Shown here: positions 63,620 to 64,000 of the stretch, in pieces | How the letters are laid out: each line of letters opens with the position of its first letter | How positions within the stretch are numbered: position 1 is the stretch's first letter | NCBI RefSeq assembly: GCF_018350175.1 | Contig: NC_058368.1 | Span: 98,148,001 to 98,212,000, forward strand | DNA: 64,000 bases | Origin: Felis catus | Lineage: Eukaryota | Direction: 5' to 3' | Program-made: the position numbers and the translations under genes | The notes under the pieces: model-generated | Told to the model about the DNA's origin: nothing | Databases searched by the model: none | Seen by the model: only the letters and a program-made list of their open reading frames with translations

Positions 63620-64000
63620 GAGGAGGCTTGGATCATCCCAAAGAGAACTCTAATTTCTTCTGCCTAATTTCTCCTGCCTTGGAGTCAACTTTTACTTTTC
63701 CTATTTGTGACATGTTTTCTTCCCTCGATTCAACTTCCCTTTATCAATACATCTCTGTTTCCTCTTCCATTACCGAACTCCAGATTCTAATAACTTCACA
63801 CCAGAATTGCTTCAATACCTCTTTGCCTTCCTAGAGTCCTTTTCTCTTCTCAGATATGTGATAGAACACTGCCAGAATAATCTCATGTCTAAATATGAGC
63901 AAAGCTAAGTTATGCATCAAAGTCTCCCCTCAACCTGGGCTCCTCCCATCTTTCATGCTTAGTGGTTTCCTATCCACTGAACATCAGGAAATAGTCCAAA
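63620..64000 (+). mobile_element. L2 fragment(s)
   Basis: Pyrimidine-rich L2-like motifs (aattgcttcaatacctct..ctgccagaataatct). Confidence 0.5.

Overview
Mammalian genomic DNA, almost certainly felid, judged from about 30 carnivore tRNA-derived Can-SINEs (SINEC_Fc type) and a cat-type L1. It is AT-rich and mostly interspersed repeats. These include one near full-length but inactivated L1 (52.9-60.5 kb, minus), 5'-truncated young L1s (one with a twin-priming inversion), older L1/L2/MIR remnants, an ERV-L pol fragment, an LTR16 with ERV3-type internal sequence, two ERV1-type solo LTRs, an MLT1 LTR and three DNA-transposon fossils. I recognise no intact host protein-coding gene, rRNA, tRNA gene or CRISPR array, and most ORF-track hits are repeat-derived or chance. 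The unique islands in the left 25 kb carry splice-signal-bounded segments on both strands. On minus there is a partly phase-compatible chain headed by a GC-box promoter-like first exon near 24.4 kb. On plus there is a chain ending in a terminal-exon-like segment with AATAAA near 22.1-22.3 kb. These may be an unrecognised or decayed gene or lncRNA but are unverified. Repeat family names come from recalled consensus features, not a database search, and boundaries without a stated TSD or TIR are approximate.
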